Assembly (NCBI RefSeq): GCF_963921235.1
Contig: NC_086107.1
Span: forward strand, 100,628,001 to 100,692,000
Source: Mobula hypostoma
Taxonomy: Eukaryota
DNA length: 64,000 nucleotides
Direction: 5' to 3'
Shown here: positions 27,101-42,100 of the stretch, in pieces
How the letters are laid out: the number at the start of each line of letters is the position of its first letter
How positions within the stretch are numbered: the stretch's first letter is position 1
Program-made: the position numbers and the translations under genes
Notes under the pieces: model-generated
Told to the model about the DNA's origin: nothing
Database searches by the model: none
The model's input: only the letters and a program-made list of their open reading frames with translations

Positions 27101-30100
27101 TATCCACTCTTATCTATTCCTCTTAATATCTTGTATACCTCTATCATGTCTTCTCTCATCCCCCTTCTCTCCAAAGAGTAAAGCCCTAGCTCCCTTAATC
27201 TTGATCATAATGCATACTCTCTAAACCAGGCAGCATCCTGGTAAATCTCCTCTGTGCCCTTTCCAATGCTTCCACATCCTTCCTATAGTGAAGCGTCCAG
27301 AACTGGACACAGTACTCCCAAGTGTGGCCTAACCAGAGTTTTATAGAGCTGCATCATTACATCGCGACTCTTAAACTCCTATCCCTCGACTTATGAAAGC
27401 TAACACCCCATAAGCTTTCTTAACTACCCTATCTACCTGTGAGGCAACTTTCAGGGATCTGTGGACATGTACCCCCAGATCCCTCTGCTCCTCCACACTA
27501 CCAAGTATCCTGTCATTTACTTTGTACTCTGCCTTGGAGTTTGTCCTTCCAAAGTGTACCACCTTACACTTCTCCGGGTTGAACTCCATCTGCCACTTCT
27601 CAGTCCACTTCTGCATTCTATCAATGTCTCTCTGCAATCTTTGACAATCCTCTACACTATCTACAACCTTCGTGTCATCTGCAAACTTTCCAACCCACCC
27701 TTCTACCCCCATGTCCAGGTCGTTAATAAAAATCACGAAAAGTAGAGGTCCCAGAACAGATCCTTGTGGGACACCACTAGTCACAACCCTCCAATCCGAA
27801 TGTACTCCATCCACCATGACCCTCTGCCTTCTGCAGGCAAGCCAATTCTGAATCCACCTGGCCAAACTTCCCTGGATCCCATGCCTTCTGACTTTCTGAA
27901 TAAGCCTACTGTGTGGAACCTTGTCAAATGCCTTACTAAAATCCATGTAGATCACATCCACTGCACTACCCTCATCTATATGCCTGGTCACCTCAAAGAA
28001 CTCTATCAGGCTTGTTAGACACGATCTGCCCTTCACAAAGCCATGTTGACTGTCCCTGATCAGACCATGATTCTCTAAATGCCCATAGATCCTATCTCTA
28101 AGAATCTTTTCCAACAGCTTTCCCACCACAGACGTAAGGCCCACTGGTCTATAAATACTATAAAAACCCTCTTACAATACTTTTAACTTGGTAATTATGT
28201 GGCATGATAACATAGTGATTAGCATAACTCTTTACAGTGTTAGCAATTTATCCTCCAGGTTCTCTGCTTTCCGTTCACATAGCAAAGATACGTTGATTAG
28301 GGTTAGTAAGTTGCAGGCATGTCATGTTTGTGCCAGAAGCATGGCAATGCTTGCGGGTTGTCCCCTGCACATCCTCCGACTGTGTTAATCATTGATGCAA
28401 AAAAAAAGCATTTCACTGTACATTTCAAAGGACATGTGACAAATAAAGCTAATCTTTAAATCTCTGTCTTCAGAAAGGTCAAACGAGAGTGTGGAGTAGA
28501 AAAAGGAATGGACCATAATTTTGTGTTTAGATTTGCTCTGCTATTCTTACGGTTACAGATCATTTTTTTGCATGTTCGTGTTCCAACTTGATTCAGTTAT
28601 CTATCAATCTATCAATCTGAATATATTCAGTGACTGAGCATCCACAACACTAAGGAGTAGGAGGTTCTCTGCATGGAGGTCGATGACCAGTGATGTTCTG
28701 CCGGAATCTGTTCTGGTACCCCTCTTTGTGATTTTTATAAATGACCTGGATGAAGAAGGAGAAGAATGGGTTAGTAAGTTTGCTGATGACACAAAGGTTG
28801 GGGGTGTTGTGGATAGTCTGGAGGATTGTCAGAGGCATCGATAGGGTGCGGAAATGGACTGAGAAGTGGCAGATGGACTTCAACCCAGGTAAGTGTGAAG
28901 TGGTTCATTTTGTTAGGTCCAATTTGAAGACAGAATATAATATCAATGGTAAGACTCTTGGCAGTGTGGATGATCTGAGATATCTGTGGGGTCCATAGCA
29001 ACAGGACAGTCAAAGCTACTGCACAGGTTGACAGTGTTGTTCAGAAGGCATATGGTGTGTTGGCATTCATCAACTGTGGGATTGAGTTCAAGAGCCGAGA
29101 GATAATGTTGCAGCTATACAAGACCGTGGTCAGACCCCACTTGGAGTACTATGTTCAGTTCTGGTCAGCTCACTACAGGAAGGTTGTGGATACTAGAGAG
29201 AGAGTGCAGAGGAGATTTACAAGGATGTTGTCTGGATTGGAGAGCGTGCCTTATGAGAATAGGTTGAGTGTACTTGCCCTTTTTTCCTTGGAGCGACGGA
29301 GGATGAGAGGTGTCCTGATAGAGGTGTGGAAGATGATGAGAGGCATTGATTATGTGGATAGCCCAGGGCTGAACTGGCTAACACGAGGGGGCATAGTTTT
29401 AAGGTGCTTGGAAATAGGTACTGAGGGGATGTCAGGGGCAAGTTTTTCCACACAGAGAGTGGTGGGTGCGTGGAATGCACTGCCGGCGGCGGTGGTAGAA
29501 GTGGATACAATAGCATCTTTTAAGAGACTAGGTACATGGAGCTTAGAAAAATAGAGGGCTATGCGGTAAGGAAATTCTAGGCAGTCTGTAGAATAGGTTA
29601 CATGGTCGGCACATCATTTTGGGCCGAAGGGCCTGTAATGTGCTGTAAATTTCTATGTCCTATGTTCAGAAGACTCAGAAGAGCCCTTAAGCAAATGTTT
29701 TTTTCCTCTTATCTCAGACCAAGGGGTCCTAAGTTCTGGACTTGTTTTCTGTTTCTAAATTCTTAATCTAGGACAAAATTCTAAGCTCTAGAAAAAAATC
29801 TTTTTGCGCACTCATCTCTGACCCACTCTTTTCAAGAATCAGTCTGGTGAATTCATGCCTCTGAGGTAGCCTTTACCTGCCTTCTGTGGATGGATTAAAA
29901 ACTTCAAACTATCCTCAGGTCTGGCCTCACCAAAACCTTGAGTTGTCACAGGACAACTTTAGTTTCACAATTCAACTTGTTTGCAATCAAGATTAACATT
30001 TCCTTTCCAGTTGTTTGTTGTAAATGGGCATATTTACTGTCAAAGACACTAAGACTCTAACTGGTTGCTTGGGATTTTACTGTTTTAATGTTCCTCCTTT

Positions 30101-33100
30101 TAAATTGAATAATCTCTTCATCTGACACCCTTTTGCCAATTCATTTACCTCCTCCCTACTCTTCTTTGCATCCCCTCTGAATTTGTTACCCCATTTTTTG
30201 TTGTCAGCAAATTTATTTTGTACTTAATCCTTTCATTCAGGTAGTTCCTATAGATCATCAGTGGTTGATTGTTGTGGCATTGGATGAGGAATAGTATATA
30301 AATGTATTTATTTCCAACTGTTCAACTATTTTGTAACTGTTTTAAGGTATTTGCCTCAACAAGTTCCTGTGGTGACAACTTTGAAATTTCACTACATTCT
30401 GAGTTAAAACATTTATCCCGAATTCTCTCTTTTTGTGGGTATTTAGAAACATCTCATCCGCCTCCCCTGTCAGACTCCTTCATAACATTTAAAAGTCATT
30501 GAAGAAACTATTCCACAGCTTCTCCTTTTCATCGGGAAGAAAACCAGTCTGTGCAGCACTCCTGTGAATACTAAATTGTAAAACATTTTAGTATTTCTAC
30601 TTTCTGTGTGTTTATGCAGAGCTGTCACCTATGGAACCTGTAAAGAAGAAAAAGAAAGTTGATGGTCAACAGACTGACACTGCCATGGGTCTTTTGAAGG
30701 CTATAACCTCACCTGTATCTGCAGTTGCAAAGCCTTCTAAAAAAGTTGAGAAACCAATTTCTGCTTTTGGCTCACCATCCTACCCTCCTTTTTACACTGA
30801 GAATAAGAAGGAACATAAGAAAAAAGCTGCCAGTACAGATCCCGAGGATCTCTCTGAAGAAGGAAGCTCCCACAAATCAAAGAAGATGAAGCCACTTTTT
30901 GTAAATACAGACGCTGTGACTGTGCGTGAGGGAGAGGGTTTAAAAATGAAACTCCTCCTCTCGCCTAAGGAAAAGTCGGGCATGGATGATGAGGCATTCA
31001 ATTTTGCAGGGACATCAAATCTAAAGAAATCATCAAAAAAGGGAAGTAGGGAGGAACATGGCACTTTCCTCTCTGCCCTCGACACCCACGGTTTGCCAAA
31101 GCCATCAGCTGTTCGTAAAAAACACAAGTCAGAGTCTCGGGTTACTGAGGGCTTTGACTCTGCATCGCACTTCTACCCTGAAGTTCATGCCAGTAACCTT
31201 TCCGATTATGAGTTCACGGGTTTGGAGACATTGGAGTCTGCAACGTCCTCTGGTGGGGAGCTTGAGGCTGGAGAGCTAGTTATTGACGATTCTTTCCGAG
31301 AAATGAAAAAGAAAAAGAAAAAAGACAAAAAAAGCAAAAAAAAGAAGGACAAGGACAAGCACAAAGAAAAGAAACATTCAAAATCTAAGAAGCTGCTGGT
31401 TCATGGCTCAGGGAAGGCCATGTCACCCAATAAGTGTTGTTATTCACCTCAGCCGTCTGTAACCACACCTTATGCACACCCACCTTCTCTATTCCATATG
31501 GAAGGACAGACTGAGAAAAAGAAAAAAAAGGAAGAAAAAGACAAAGAAAAGGTTGAAAAACCTGAAAAGGTAGGGCAACTCAAGTACATTTTTTTAACTT
31601 ATATTTTTGTCGTTTTGCCAATAACAGAACAAACAGGATAAAAACAAACAGACAGGGTTATCATAGGTGAAGTAAAATCCGTATCTTATAATAGAAAAAA
31701 TAAATAGTGAAATGGGTTACATTGCTGTATCAAGGTTAACCAAACTCTTACGTCCATAATTGTCCTTCAGAGTCTCAGGGGACCTTAAGATCCATAACTC
31801 TAAAGTCCATTCTGCAGGTTCCTTCATAAAACAAAGTTCTTCAAACCAAATAAATGTACAGTTCAGAGTCATTTCAGGCTCAAATAAAATGTCCAATTTT
31901 CCCAGTATCTTTCAAATTTTTTAGTGGTATGTCTCAGAGAGAAAGTCACTCGTTCCATAACATAAATTTGAACTATTTCTATCCATTCCAGCACTGTAGG
32001 AGACTCTTTGCTTAGCCATTTCCTGGTAATCGCTTTCTTACTGGCTGCTAGTAGTATTTGTAACAAATATCTTTCATGTTTTTTGAGTCCATTTGGTACA
32101 TTACCCAAATAAATAACTTTAGAGTCAAAATTAATCTCTGGGCTGATTATTGACCTTGTCTTTGTTAACACATCTAACCAATAAGACAAAATCTTTGGAC
32201 ACTCCCAGAAAATATGAAAATGATCAGCCAACATATTATCACACATTCTCCAACATTGACCTTGTTCAGGTCCATTACTTTGTGACTTCTTTATTTTTGA
32301 CGTTATGAAAAATCTTAAGATATTCTTCAAGGTGAATTCCCTCCACAGATCTGAGCTTAAAGTAGTCGAATGTGTCCTGCATATGTTTTACCAATTGTCT
32401 TCTGTCAATTTTATATTGGCTTCTTTCTCCCATTTTGACTTAACATACATTGTGGAGAGACCCCTGTTAGATTGTAAAATCGAGTAAATCCTGGTTATCA
32501 GTTTCTTTTTAATATTACCTTTATACATAATGAATATATTAATCAGACTTAACCCTTTCTCTCCAATAGTTTTAATATTATTAATAAAATATTGTGAGTT
32601 GAAGATATCTAAAGAAGTGTTGTTTCTCTAAGTGATACGTTTCTGTAAGTTGTTGAAAGGACTCGAAACCCTTAATGGAGGATATTGTACAGTATGAGGT
32701 GATTCCCTTACTTGTCCAATGTGTAAATCTACCATCCAATTGTGCTGGAAGGAATTCTGTGTCATGTGCCACCGAACGTAGTATTCTTACATTACTTTCA
32801 AATCTTGGGTCTTTGAATTCTTTATACCAGATGTTTAGAGGGTCTGTTGTCCACTTAGTCAGTTTATTGAAATGCTTCTTTGGGAGTGTTTTATCCCCCA
32901 GTGAAGATGGGAGAGGGATATTTATTAGACTTTGTTCTAAATCCTTCCACTTTGCCTCACAATTAGAGTCACACCAACAGACCAGACTGCGCAGCTGTGC
33001 TGCTCTATAATAGTCTTCAAAGCAAGGCACAGCAAATCCTCCTTTATCCTTGGGCAGCTGTAGTGACTGAAATCTAATTCTTGTTTTCTGTTTTCCCCAA

Positions 33101-36100
33101 GTAAATGTTGAAATCATCCTTTTCCATTCATTAAATTGCTTAAAAGATGCTTCAACAGGCAATGATTGAAAAAGAAAGAACAATCTAGGTAATACATTCA
33201 TCTTTATGGCTTCTATTCGATTATACATATCCATTGGCAGCAATGACCATCTATTTAAGTCTGCCTTAATATCAGCTGTTATGGGAATGTAATTATGTTC
33301 GTAGGTAGTAGACAAGTCTTCAGGTATTTGCACTCCTAGGTATTTAATAATATTACCTTTCCGTTTGAATTTACTCATTCTGTAAATCTTTTCTTGTGGT
33401 TCGTAATTAAAATTTAAAGTTTGGGTTTTATGTAAATTTAATTTATAGCCAGAGTAGGAACCAAATTCTTTCAGCAGGGATAATAATTTAGGCAAACCTG
33501 CATTAGGATTGGTAAGAGTCATGAGAATGTCATCCGCATATAAACAAATCTTATTTTCTATATCTCTGATCAGTACACCTGTTATAATCTTGTCTTCTCC
33601 AATTGCCTGGGCCAATGGCGCGATAAAAAGAGCGAAAAGCGTGGGGCTTAGGGGGCACCCTTGTCGACGTCCCCTTTCAAGAAATATTGTTTTAGATAAA
33701 TACCCACTTATTTTAATTCTGGCTGTAGGGGAAGAATATAAAGATTTCAGACATCCAACTACCTGATTATTAAAGCCAAACCGCTTAAGTCCCAAGAAGA
33801 GATATTCCCATCGTACCGAGTCAAAGGCCTTTTTAGCATCAAGGCTAATAACTACAGATTCCAGGTTATTATTGCTCATATGGTCAATGAGATGAAGGGC
33901 CCGTCTCACATTGTCCTGGATTTGCTTACTTTTTACAAAACCTGTTTGATCTGTGTCAATTAGATCTGGAGTTATATTTACAATCTTTTTACTAATATTG
34001 ATGCAAGTAATCTATAATCTATGTTTAGGACAGATATGGGCCTATAAGAACTGTATTCAGTCCGATCCTTACCACTTTTAGGAATTACTGAAATTATTGC
34101 TTGATTCCAGGACAGCAGAGTCTCCCCTCCTCCGAGAACATAATTAAGACATTTCTTAAGTATTGGTATTATTATCTCTCTTAAAGTTTTGTACCATTCT
34201 GCTGGGTAGCCATCAGCACCTGAGATCTTATTTGTTTTTAATGCTGATATAGCCTTACCTATTTCTTCTTCTGTTATCTCCTGAGTTATTAGTTTATTTT
34301 GCTCCGTTCCTACCGATGGTAAATCTAAGGACGTTAAGAAATTAGATATGTCTGCTAACTCTGTAGCTTTGGGCTGAGCATACAACATTGTGTAGTACGT
34401 TTTGAAAGATTTTTGAATGTCTTCTAATTTATGAAGCATCTTATTAGTCTGGGTGTCTTTCACCCTATGTATAGATATCTCATCTCAGCCTGTTGTTTAC
34501 GTATTCTCCATGCAAGTAATTTCTTAGATTTGGGACCATTCTCATAGAAATTTTGTTTAACAAACTTAGCTCTCTTCTCAACATCACGTTCATAAATATT
34601 ATTTAGAATTCGTTTTGTATCCAAAATTTGATTCAAGCCATTACTGTCATTATACTCCATATGCTTACTCTCCAAAAATTGTAATTTTTCAATAAGGTCC
34701 TTGATTTGTTTCTCTTTTTCCTTTTTCTTCTGAGCTGGCCACTTTGAGTTTACCCCTAATAACAGCTTTTGCAGCATCCCACAGAGTGCTGGGGACACCG
34801 TTCCTTATAATCTTCAAACTCTTTCTTTAGGTATTTTAAACATAGGGGATCATCCAAAAGACTGGTATCAAGTTTCCACAAGGTATCTATGGGTTTGTTG
34901 TCTAAATGTAATGTTAAGTAAACCCCTGCGTGGTCAGAGATGTCTCTTACCCCTGTATCGCATTTTATAATTCTGTGTCTCTCTGAATTAAACATTAAAA
35001 AAAAATCTATTCTCGAGTACGCATAGTGGGGGTGAGAAAAAAAGGTGAACCGTCTATCAAGCGAATGTAACTCTCTTCATTTATCTATCATGCCTATTTC
35101 TTTGAGGAGGTTCTTGACATGTGATGTTTCCGGGTTTATCTTTTTTGTTCTATTGGAGGAGTCCAGGAAAGGATGTAATTGAATATTCCAGTCCCCCCCA
35201 CATATTACCACACCAGGCTTTTCCATAGCTATCATATTAAAAACCTTAATCAGTTGTTTATCATTTCCTGGTGGTCTGTAAACATTCAGTAAAGTAACTT
35301 CTTTATGATCAATAAAACCCTTCACCAGTAAATAACGCCCTTCTTTGTCTCTAATCTGTGAGGAAAACTGGAAATTTACTTTAGTTGAGATTAATATTGC
35401 AACTCCCCTTGTGTTTCCCCTCTCAAAAGAAGAGTAATAACAATTTTTAAATCCCATTTTGCATAACTTCTCATGTTCAATCTTTGAAAGGTGAGTTTCT
35501 TGCCAAAAAATTATATCTTGCTTTTCTCTCTTCATTTTAGCTATAGCCTTACTCCTCTTGATTGGGTTCTGTAACTCATTCATATTAAGGGTGATTACTT
35601 TGTATTCTTCATACGGCCTCCCACTCCAATAAAAAAAGAGTTTATATAAATAGTTAGATATCCCTGATTGACCTGAACAAATGAACTTCTGTCTGTACAA
35701 CAAGCTAACATTTAACATATAAACAACAAATATAACATCTGTGACTTCCATCTTTGAAGTTTAAACTAAATTCTAAGTCGGGGGGGGCCTTAAACCCGAA
35801 GGGGCCCCTCCTCGTGCAGGTTGATGCCTCGGAATAATTGAAATCAGGACAGTGCACAAAAAAGAACAAAATCAAACAACAGCTCCCAGATTTGTGGTCA
35901 GGTCAGTTATAGTAATAAGAGCTTACAGAGGAAAAATCATTTATGTTCTATTTTTAAGTTCTTAATACAAAGTAAATTATAATTTGGTGTTAGGGTACAT
36001 GTGATTTTACTGACCTCGCTGAAGGATATTTTATCACTATACTTTTGAGAGCTCTCATGCAGTATCTTTGCTGCATCGAAATTCCTTTAGCTTGTCCTGG

Positions 36101-39100
36101 ATGTGTTTCAGGCGTGTTTCTTGGTCCTGACGGGATTTTGCACCCGCTGTCTCCCAGGAAGGCTGCCTCAGTTTCGCCGTGGCTGTGCCTTGCGCGGGGG
36201 CCACGATTCCGGGACAGTCCGGGAAAAATCCCCTGTTCTTCAGGTCTTCCGTCGCCTCTGATGCGTTACTGTAGATGACTTGTCTAGTGCCAAAAAACAC
36301 TCGAAGTTTGACTGGGTAAAGAGTCTGGAACTGGAGCCCCTTTTCTTTAAGCGTTTTTCTGATGGTGGAGTAAGCCTTTCTTTTCATAACTATTTTGGTC
36401 GGGTAGTCTTGATCAAAAAATACTTTTTTCCCGTCGTAATAAATCTCTCGTTTTTTCCAAGCAGAGCGAAGCACCAACTCTTTAATTTTATACTCCTGAA
36501 AGTAGAGACCACGGACCTTGGGTTGGAACCTTGTGGTGGTTCGGGTCCAAAAGATCGATGGCAGCGTTGTATGCCGAGGGCGACATCGGGAAGGGACAAC
36601 TCTGTTTTAGTAAATTTTTCCAGAAATTCCTGAATGTTGTCTCCTTCTGCCCCCTCGGAAATTCCATGGATACGTATGTTATTCCTGCATGAACGTGCCT
36701 CCAGGTTCGTTAGTCGAGCTTGAATAATCTCCTGAAGTTCCAGTGCGTGGGAAAGAACCTCCTGGGCCTCAGCCTTCCATTCCTCCACTTCTGTCACCCT
36801 TGCTGCATATCCTCAACTCTGCCTGTTATTTCTTTTAAGTCACCAACAATAGCATTCAACTTCAGGTTAATTTCTTCTCTGAAATCCACCAGTTCCTTCT
36901 TTAGAAAACCCAAGGTATCACGCAGTTCTTTTTTTCATGTCCGAACGAAGCGCCTGTATTTCGGCCATGATGTTAGCATGAACAGCCTCCATATCCTCGT
37001 GTTCAACTTGGTTGCTAGCGCTGACGTCAGTGTCCTCACCGTCAATCAGTATTTTATCGCTTGCCTTTGGGTTTTGTTGTGGTTTTCCTCTTGTCTTTCA
37101 TTTGTTCCCCCTTTCACGCTACAAGACTCACTTTTCTATTTAAATAACTTTCTTATTTAGTGGGAAATAAGACCATCTGGGAGCCCTTACTGATTATGCT
37201 GTTGGCTGTATCTGCTCCATACCGGAAGTCCGACTCAAGTACTTTTATTGAAGTATTTAAACTTATGGTTACTTGTCCAAGTTTAGATTGGATATGATCA
37301 CATGTAAGAAAATATTTTATTAACATCTGATTGATCCTTTGGAATGCAACACTTTTGACGTGTAGTCACCATTTTAATCTTGGAAGTAATGGTTGCCTTA
37401 GAGTGAGACCATTCTCTAACTTGATCAGCATATTCCCAAAAAAAACACAAGAAGGACTTAACAACTTCTGAAGCTAATGAATAGCTTGCTGTTTTCTTAT
37501 CAATTGATAGCACAGCCGATTTGTGTGATTTGTTTTAAAATATTGGAACTTATTCAGAAGAAAGTGTGCTTGAGATGTTGACTTTCTGAATAGCTGCTTT
37601 AATCATTTTGTTTCCTGCCTTTTTTTTTGCTGATTATGAATATATTGATAACAGATTTTAGTTTGGGGCTTTGCACAAATGTTAAGATACTGGACCAAAA
37701 GCCTGGATTACTAAATGTAATACTTGACCAATTAACAAATTAACAATGTGTTGCGAGTGCTACAATACACAAGTAATCCAGGTTGAGTTGCCATCGGCTC
37801 CTGACATTACCTGATTATCCTCCTGATCCATTCATACCAAGAACTGAATGGCAATTTGTGGTTTTTTGTTTGACTCACTAATAGCTAAATGTCCAGAAAT
37901 GGCTGCCTGTGACTTTTGGTTTCAGTAAGCATGGAATAAATTATTATTATGTTGGTTTATGGAACATTTCTCAGTGTTAATTTGATTAGTTCTTGTCCTG
38001 TCACTCCAGCACCTTTTTAACCAAATAAAACTGCTGTACTCTCAAACAAGGTGTGACAGTATGTTGTTGCATGAGATGTTGGGGCCACTCAAAAGTAATT
38101 TAAAGGAGAAGGATCCAGGCAAGTTGTAGGTTGAACTATGTCACTAAATCAAATTTATTATCATATGCACAAGTACTTGTACAGATAGGAGTAATTAAAA
38201 ACTTGCAGCAGCCACACAGCAACATATAAGTAGCATTCAGTGCATTTTAGTGCAATGAAGTCAAAATGGCCATAATGTTACTAAACTGTTGTGATTAGGG
38301 TTTTGCCAGTTGGTTCAAGACTGAATGGTTGAAAGGAAGTAGCTGTTCTAGAACTTAGTGATGTGGGGCTTCTGTACCTCCAGCCTGTTGATAGCGTTGC
38401 TACAGCAGAATTTTGTATACAAAGACAGAATTAGAAGATGGAGGTAGATTTTTTAACTCTTGATAATGATAGCACAAATATAACCTATGTCTGGCTGTTA
38501 GACTGACAAAGAGGGCTCAAATTAAGACTGATTAAGTTAGCATGGGTCATTAAAAAAACAAAATTCAACAGTCCATTTTTACAAAATCGAAGTCAGTGAA
38601 TTTATCAAATCAAATCAAGTTTGATTATCATTCTAACCATACATAGATATAGCTGAACAAGACAGTGTTCCCCTGGAGCCAAGGTGCAAAACATTCAAAA
38701 TAGCAAGGAAACATTCAAGATAGCAAGTAACATATTATTACCATATACTACCCTGAGATTCATTTTCTTGCAGATATTTGCAAGAAAATTAAGAAATACA
38801 ACAGAATTTATGAAAGCTAGACATAATCAAAGACTGACAACTAATATGCAAAGAATATATATTCTGCAAATTAAGAAAATACTAAGAAGATGAATTTTAG
38901 GGTCCTTGAAAGTGAGTCTGTAGGTTGTGGAATCAGTTCATAGTTGTGGGGAGTGAGATTATCGATGCTGGTTTAGGAGCTCGATGGTTCCTGAAGCTGG
39001 TTGTGTGGAACCAAAGGTTCCTGTACCTCCTGACCAATGGTAGTAGTGAGAAGAGAGCATGGCCAGGATGGTGGGGCGTCTTTGATGGATACTGCTTTCT

Positions 39101-42100
39101 TGTAGTAGCACTCCTTGTAAATGTGTTCTGTGGTGGGGAGGGCTTTGCCTGTGATGGACTGGGCTGTATCCATGACTGTCTGTCGACTTTTCTGCTCTTG
39201 GGCATTGGTGCTTCCATACCAGGCCATGATGCAACCAGTCAGGATACCCTCCACTGTGCATCTATAGAAGATTGCCCAAGTTTTAGATCATGTGTTGAAT
39301 CTGTGCAAGCTTCTAAGAACGTAGAGACACTGTTGGTGGCTCTTAGGTGCTGATACCAGGACAGATCCTCTGATGTGATCATGCCAAATAACTTAAAGTT
39401 ACTGACCTTCTCCACTTATGATCCCCGAAAGAGGACTAGTTCATGAACCTCCAGTTTCTTCTTCCTGTAGTCAATAATCAGCTTGGGTTTACTTCTGTTG
39501 AGGGAGAGGTTGTTGTTTTCAATCTCCGTCCTACGTATATACTGATCAATCTTCACCATTGGAGCTGTACTTAGCCACACAATCACAGATGTAAAGCAAC
39601 TAGAGTAGGGTCTAACCACACAGCCTTGTGGTGCACCTGTGCTGATGGTGACTGTGGAGGAGATGCTGTTGTTAAACTCTACTGACATGTGAGGAAATCG
39701 AGGACCCAGTTGCACAGGCTTAGCTCATGGTGCATAGTGTTTAGTTTCAAGGGGATAATAATGTTGAATGCTGAGCTGTAGTCAATGAAGAGCATGCTGA
39801 TGTAAGTATCTTCATTGTGCAGATATTCCAGAACTAACAAAATGGCATCTGCTCTTGACCTGCTGTGACAGTAGGCAAAATGGAGCAGATCCAGCTCACA
39901 CCTCAGGCAGGAGTTGATGTGCTTCATGGCCAGCCCCTCAAAACACTTTGTCACAGTGCTACAGGAGGCTAGTCATCGAAGCAGGCTACCACATTCTCCT
40001 TTAGCACCTGTCTGGTTGAACCCTGCTTGAAGTAGGTGAGTAACTCAGACTACTAAAGCGAGGGGTTGAAGATGTCCGTTAACACTCCAGCCAGTTGATT
40101 AGCATAGATCTTCAGTACTTGGCAGGTATGCCACCTGGGCCAAATGTTTTCCACGGATTCATTCTCCTGATGAATGTTCTTAGGTTGACCTTAGAGACTG
40201 AATCTTGTTATACAACATTTGCTCCAATTGAATGATTTTATGTATTTTGTCAGTTGATATATTTCAAATACTCAATTCAAATATAGAAAATGCTGGAAAG
40301 AGAAGCCAATTGAAACCCTTTGTTAGAACTAGAAAAGAGAGCAAGTTGATTTTAAGTTGTAGAGAAGGTGGGACGGGAATCTGAATTGGAAGTATACTTA
40401 TTATCACTGTCTTAGTACAGTGAAAAGATATAAAGTTATTTTAAGTTACAAAAATAAATAGTTCAAAAAAGGAATAATGAGGCAGTGTTCATGAATTGTT
40501 CTGAAATCTGATGACAGAGGGGAAGAAACTTTTCCTGAATGATCAAGCTCCTGTGCCTCCTCCTGACAGTACTAACGAGAAGAGGGCATGTTCTGGATGG
40601 TGAGCATCCTTGATGATGGATGCTACCTTCTTGAGGCACTGCCTCTTGAAGATGTCCTCAATGGTCGGGATGGTTATGCCCGTGATGGAGCTGGCTCTGC
40701 AGCCTCTTGTTGTGCATTGGACTGTCCATTCTAGGCTGTGGTGCAACCAGTCAGAATGCTCTCCACTGTACATTTATACAGAGTTGCAAGAGTCTTTGGT
40801 GACATACCAGATCTCCCCAAACTCCTAATGAAGAAAAACCACTGGCGTGCCTTCTTCATGATTGTATCAATGTGTTGGGCCCAGGATAGAACCTCGGAGA
40901 TTTGATACCCGTGAGCTTAAAGCTGATTGCGCTTCCCACTGCTAATGCCTCAGTGAGGACTGGTGTGAGGTTTTTGTGATGTGATTCAACCAGCTGATCT
41001 ATCCCACCTCCACAGCCAACTCTGATCGAATGAGGCCAAGGTTGGTTAACGTATAAACCAGATCATTTTTTCAACAGCTAATGAGGGAAGTTAGAAAGAG
41101 AGAACACAAAGTAATGTAGAAGTTGTGAAATGCAGAGCTGCAGGAAATGTCTAGCAGGTCAACCCATCTTGGTAGAGATGGAAAACTAAGCCAGTGAAGA
41201 TGATCTAAGGCAGAACTGGAGAATTCTGTTAGGCAGCAACAGAGAGCAAAGTATCTGAAATTGTTGATTAGATTCCAGAAGGCTACAGCGTGCTAAGACA
41301 GAAGCTAAGGTATGTCAGTTGGACTTTGTTATGACAGGACAAGAGGCCAAACACTTGTAGATTGGAGTGGGATGGAGAATTAAAGTGGCTGACAACAGAA
41401 GGCTCAGGATCATCTTGTGGATTGTACTCGAGTCGTCTTTATATGTTAGTTTCCTCCAGTGTAGAAAAAGCCACATTGTGAACATCAAAAGCAGTACACT
41501 ACATTTGAAAATGTCCAAGTGTGTTAGATGTATCAAATAACTTTATATTAATCCTATTTACCAGCAGTTGGGCCATTGCATTGGCAATTCAAGTGCTTGT
41601 CTAGGTGTTTTTTTGAATGTTGTGGGATTCCTTCCATTCCAGACTGCAATCAATCACTGAGTTGTAAAATTCTTCTTGGATCTCCTCCAAACCTTTTGCT
41701 ACTCCTTACCTTATACCTACGTTCTCTAGAGTCATAGTCATAGAGTACTGCACCACAGAAATGGGCCTCTTAGCCCACCTAGTCCATGCTGAACTATTAT
41801 TCTGCCTCGTCCCGTTGACCCATACCTAGACCATACCTTTTATACTCCTCTCATACACATAATTATCCAAGTTTCTCTTCACTGTTGAAATCTAACCTGC
41901 ATCCACCACTTCGCTGGGTGCTCGTTCCACCCCCTCACCACCCTCTGAGTGAAGAAGTTCCCCCTCAGGTTCCCCTTGAAATTTTCACCTTTCACCCTTA
42001 ACCCATCACCTCTAGTTCTATTCTTACCCTACTTCAGTGGAAAAAGCCTGCTTGCATTTACCCTATCTAAACTCCTCATAATCTTGTATGCCTCTATCAA

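Noticed and set aside
30631..31641. 336-aa ORF as a stand-alone single-exon gene
   Set aside because: It is HMGXB4 exon 5 (acceptor at 30619, donor at 31570) plus intronic read-through.
31869..37101. Active autonomous L1
   Set aside because: Both ORFs are split by multiple frameshifts and stops.
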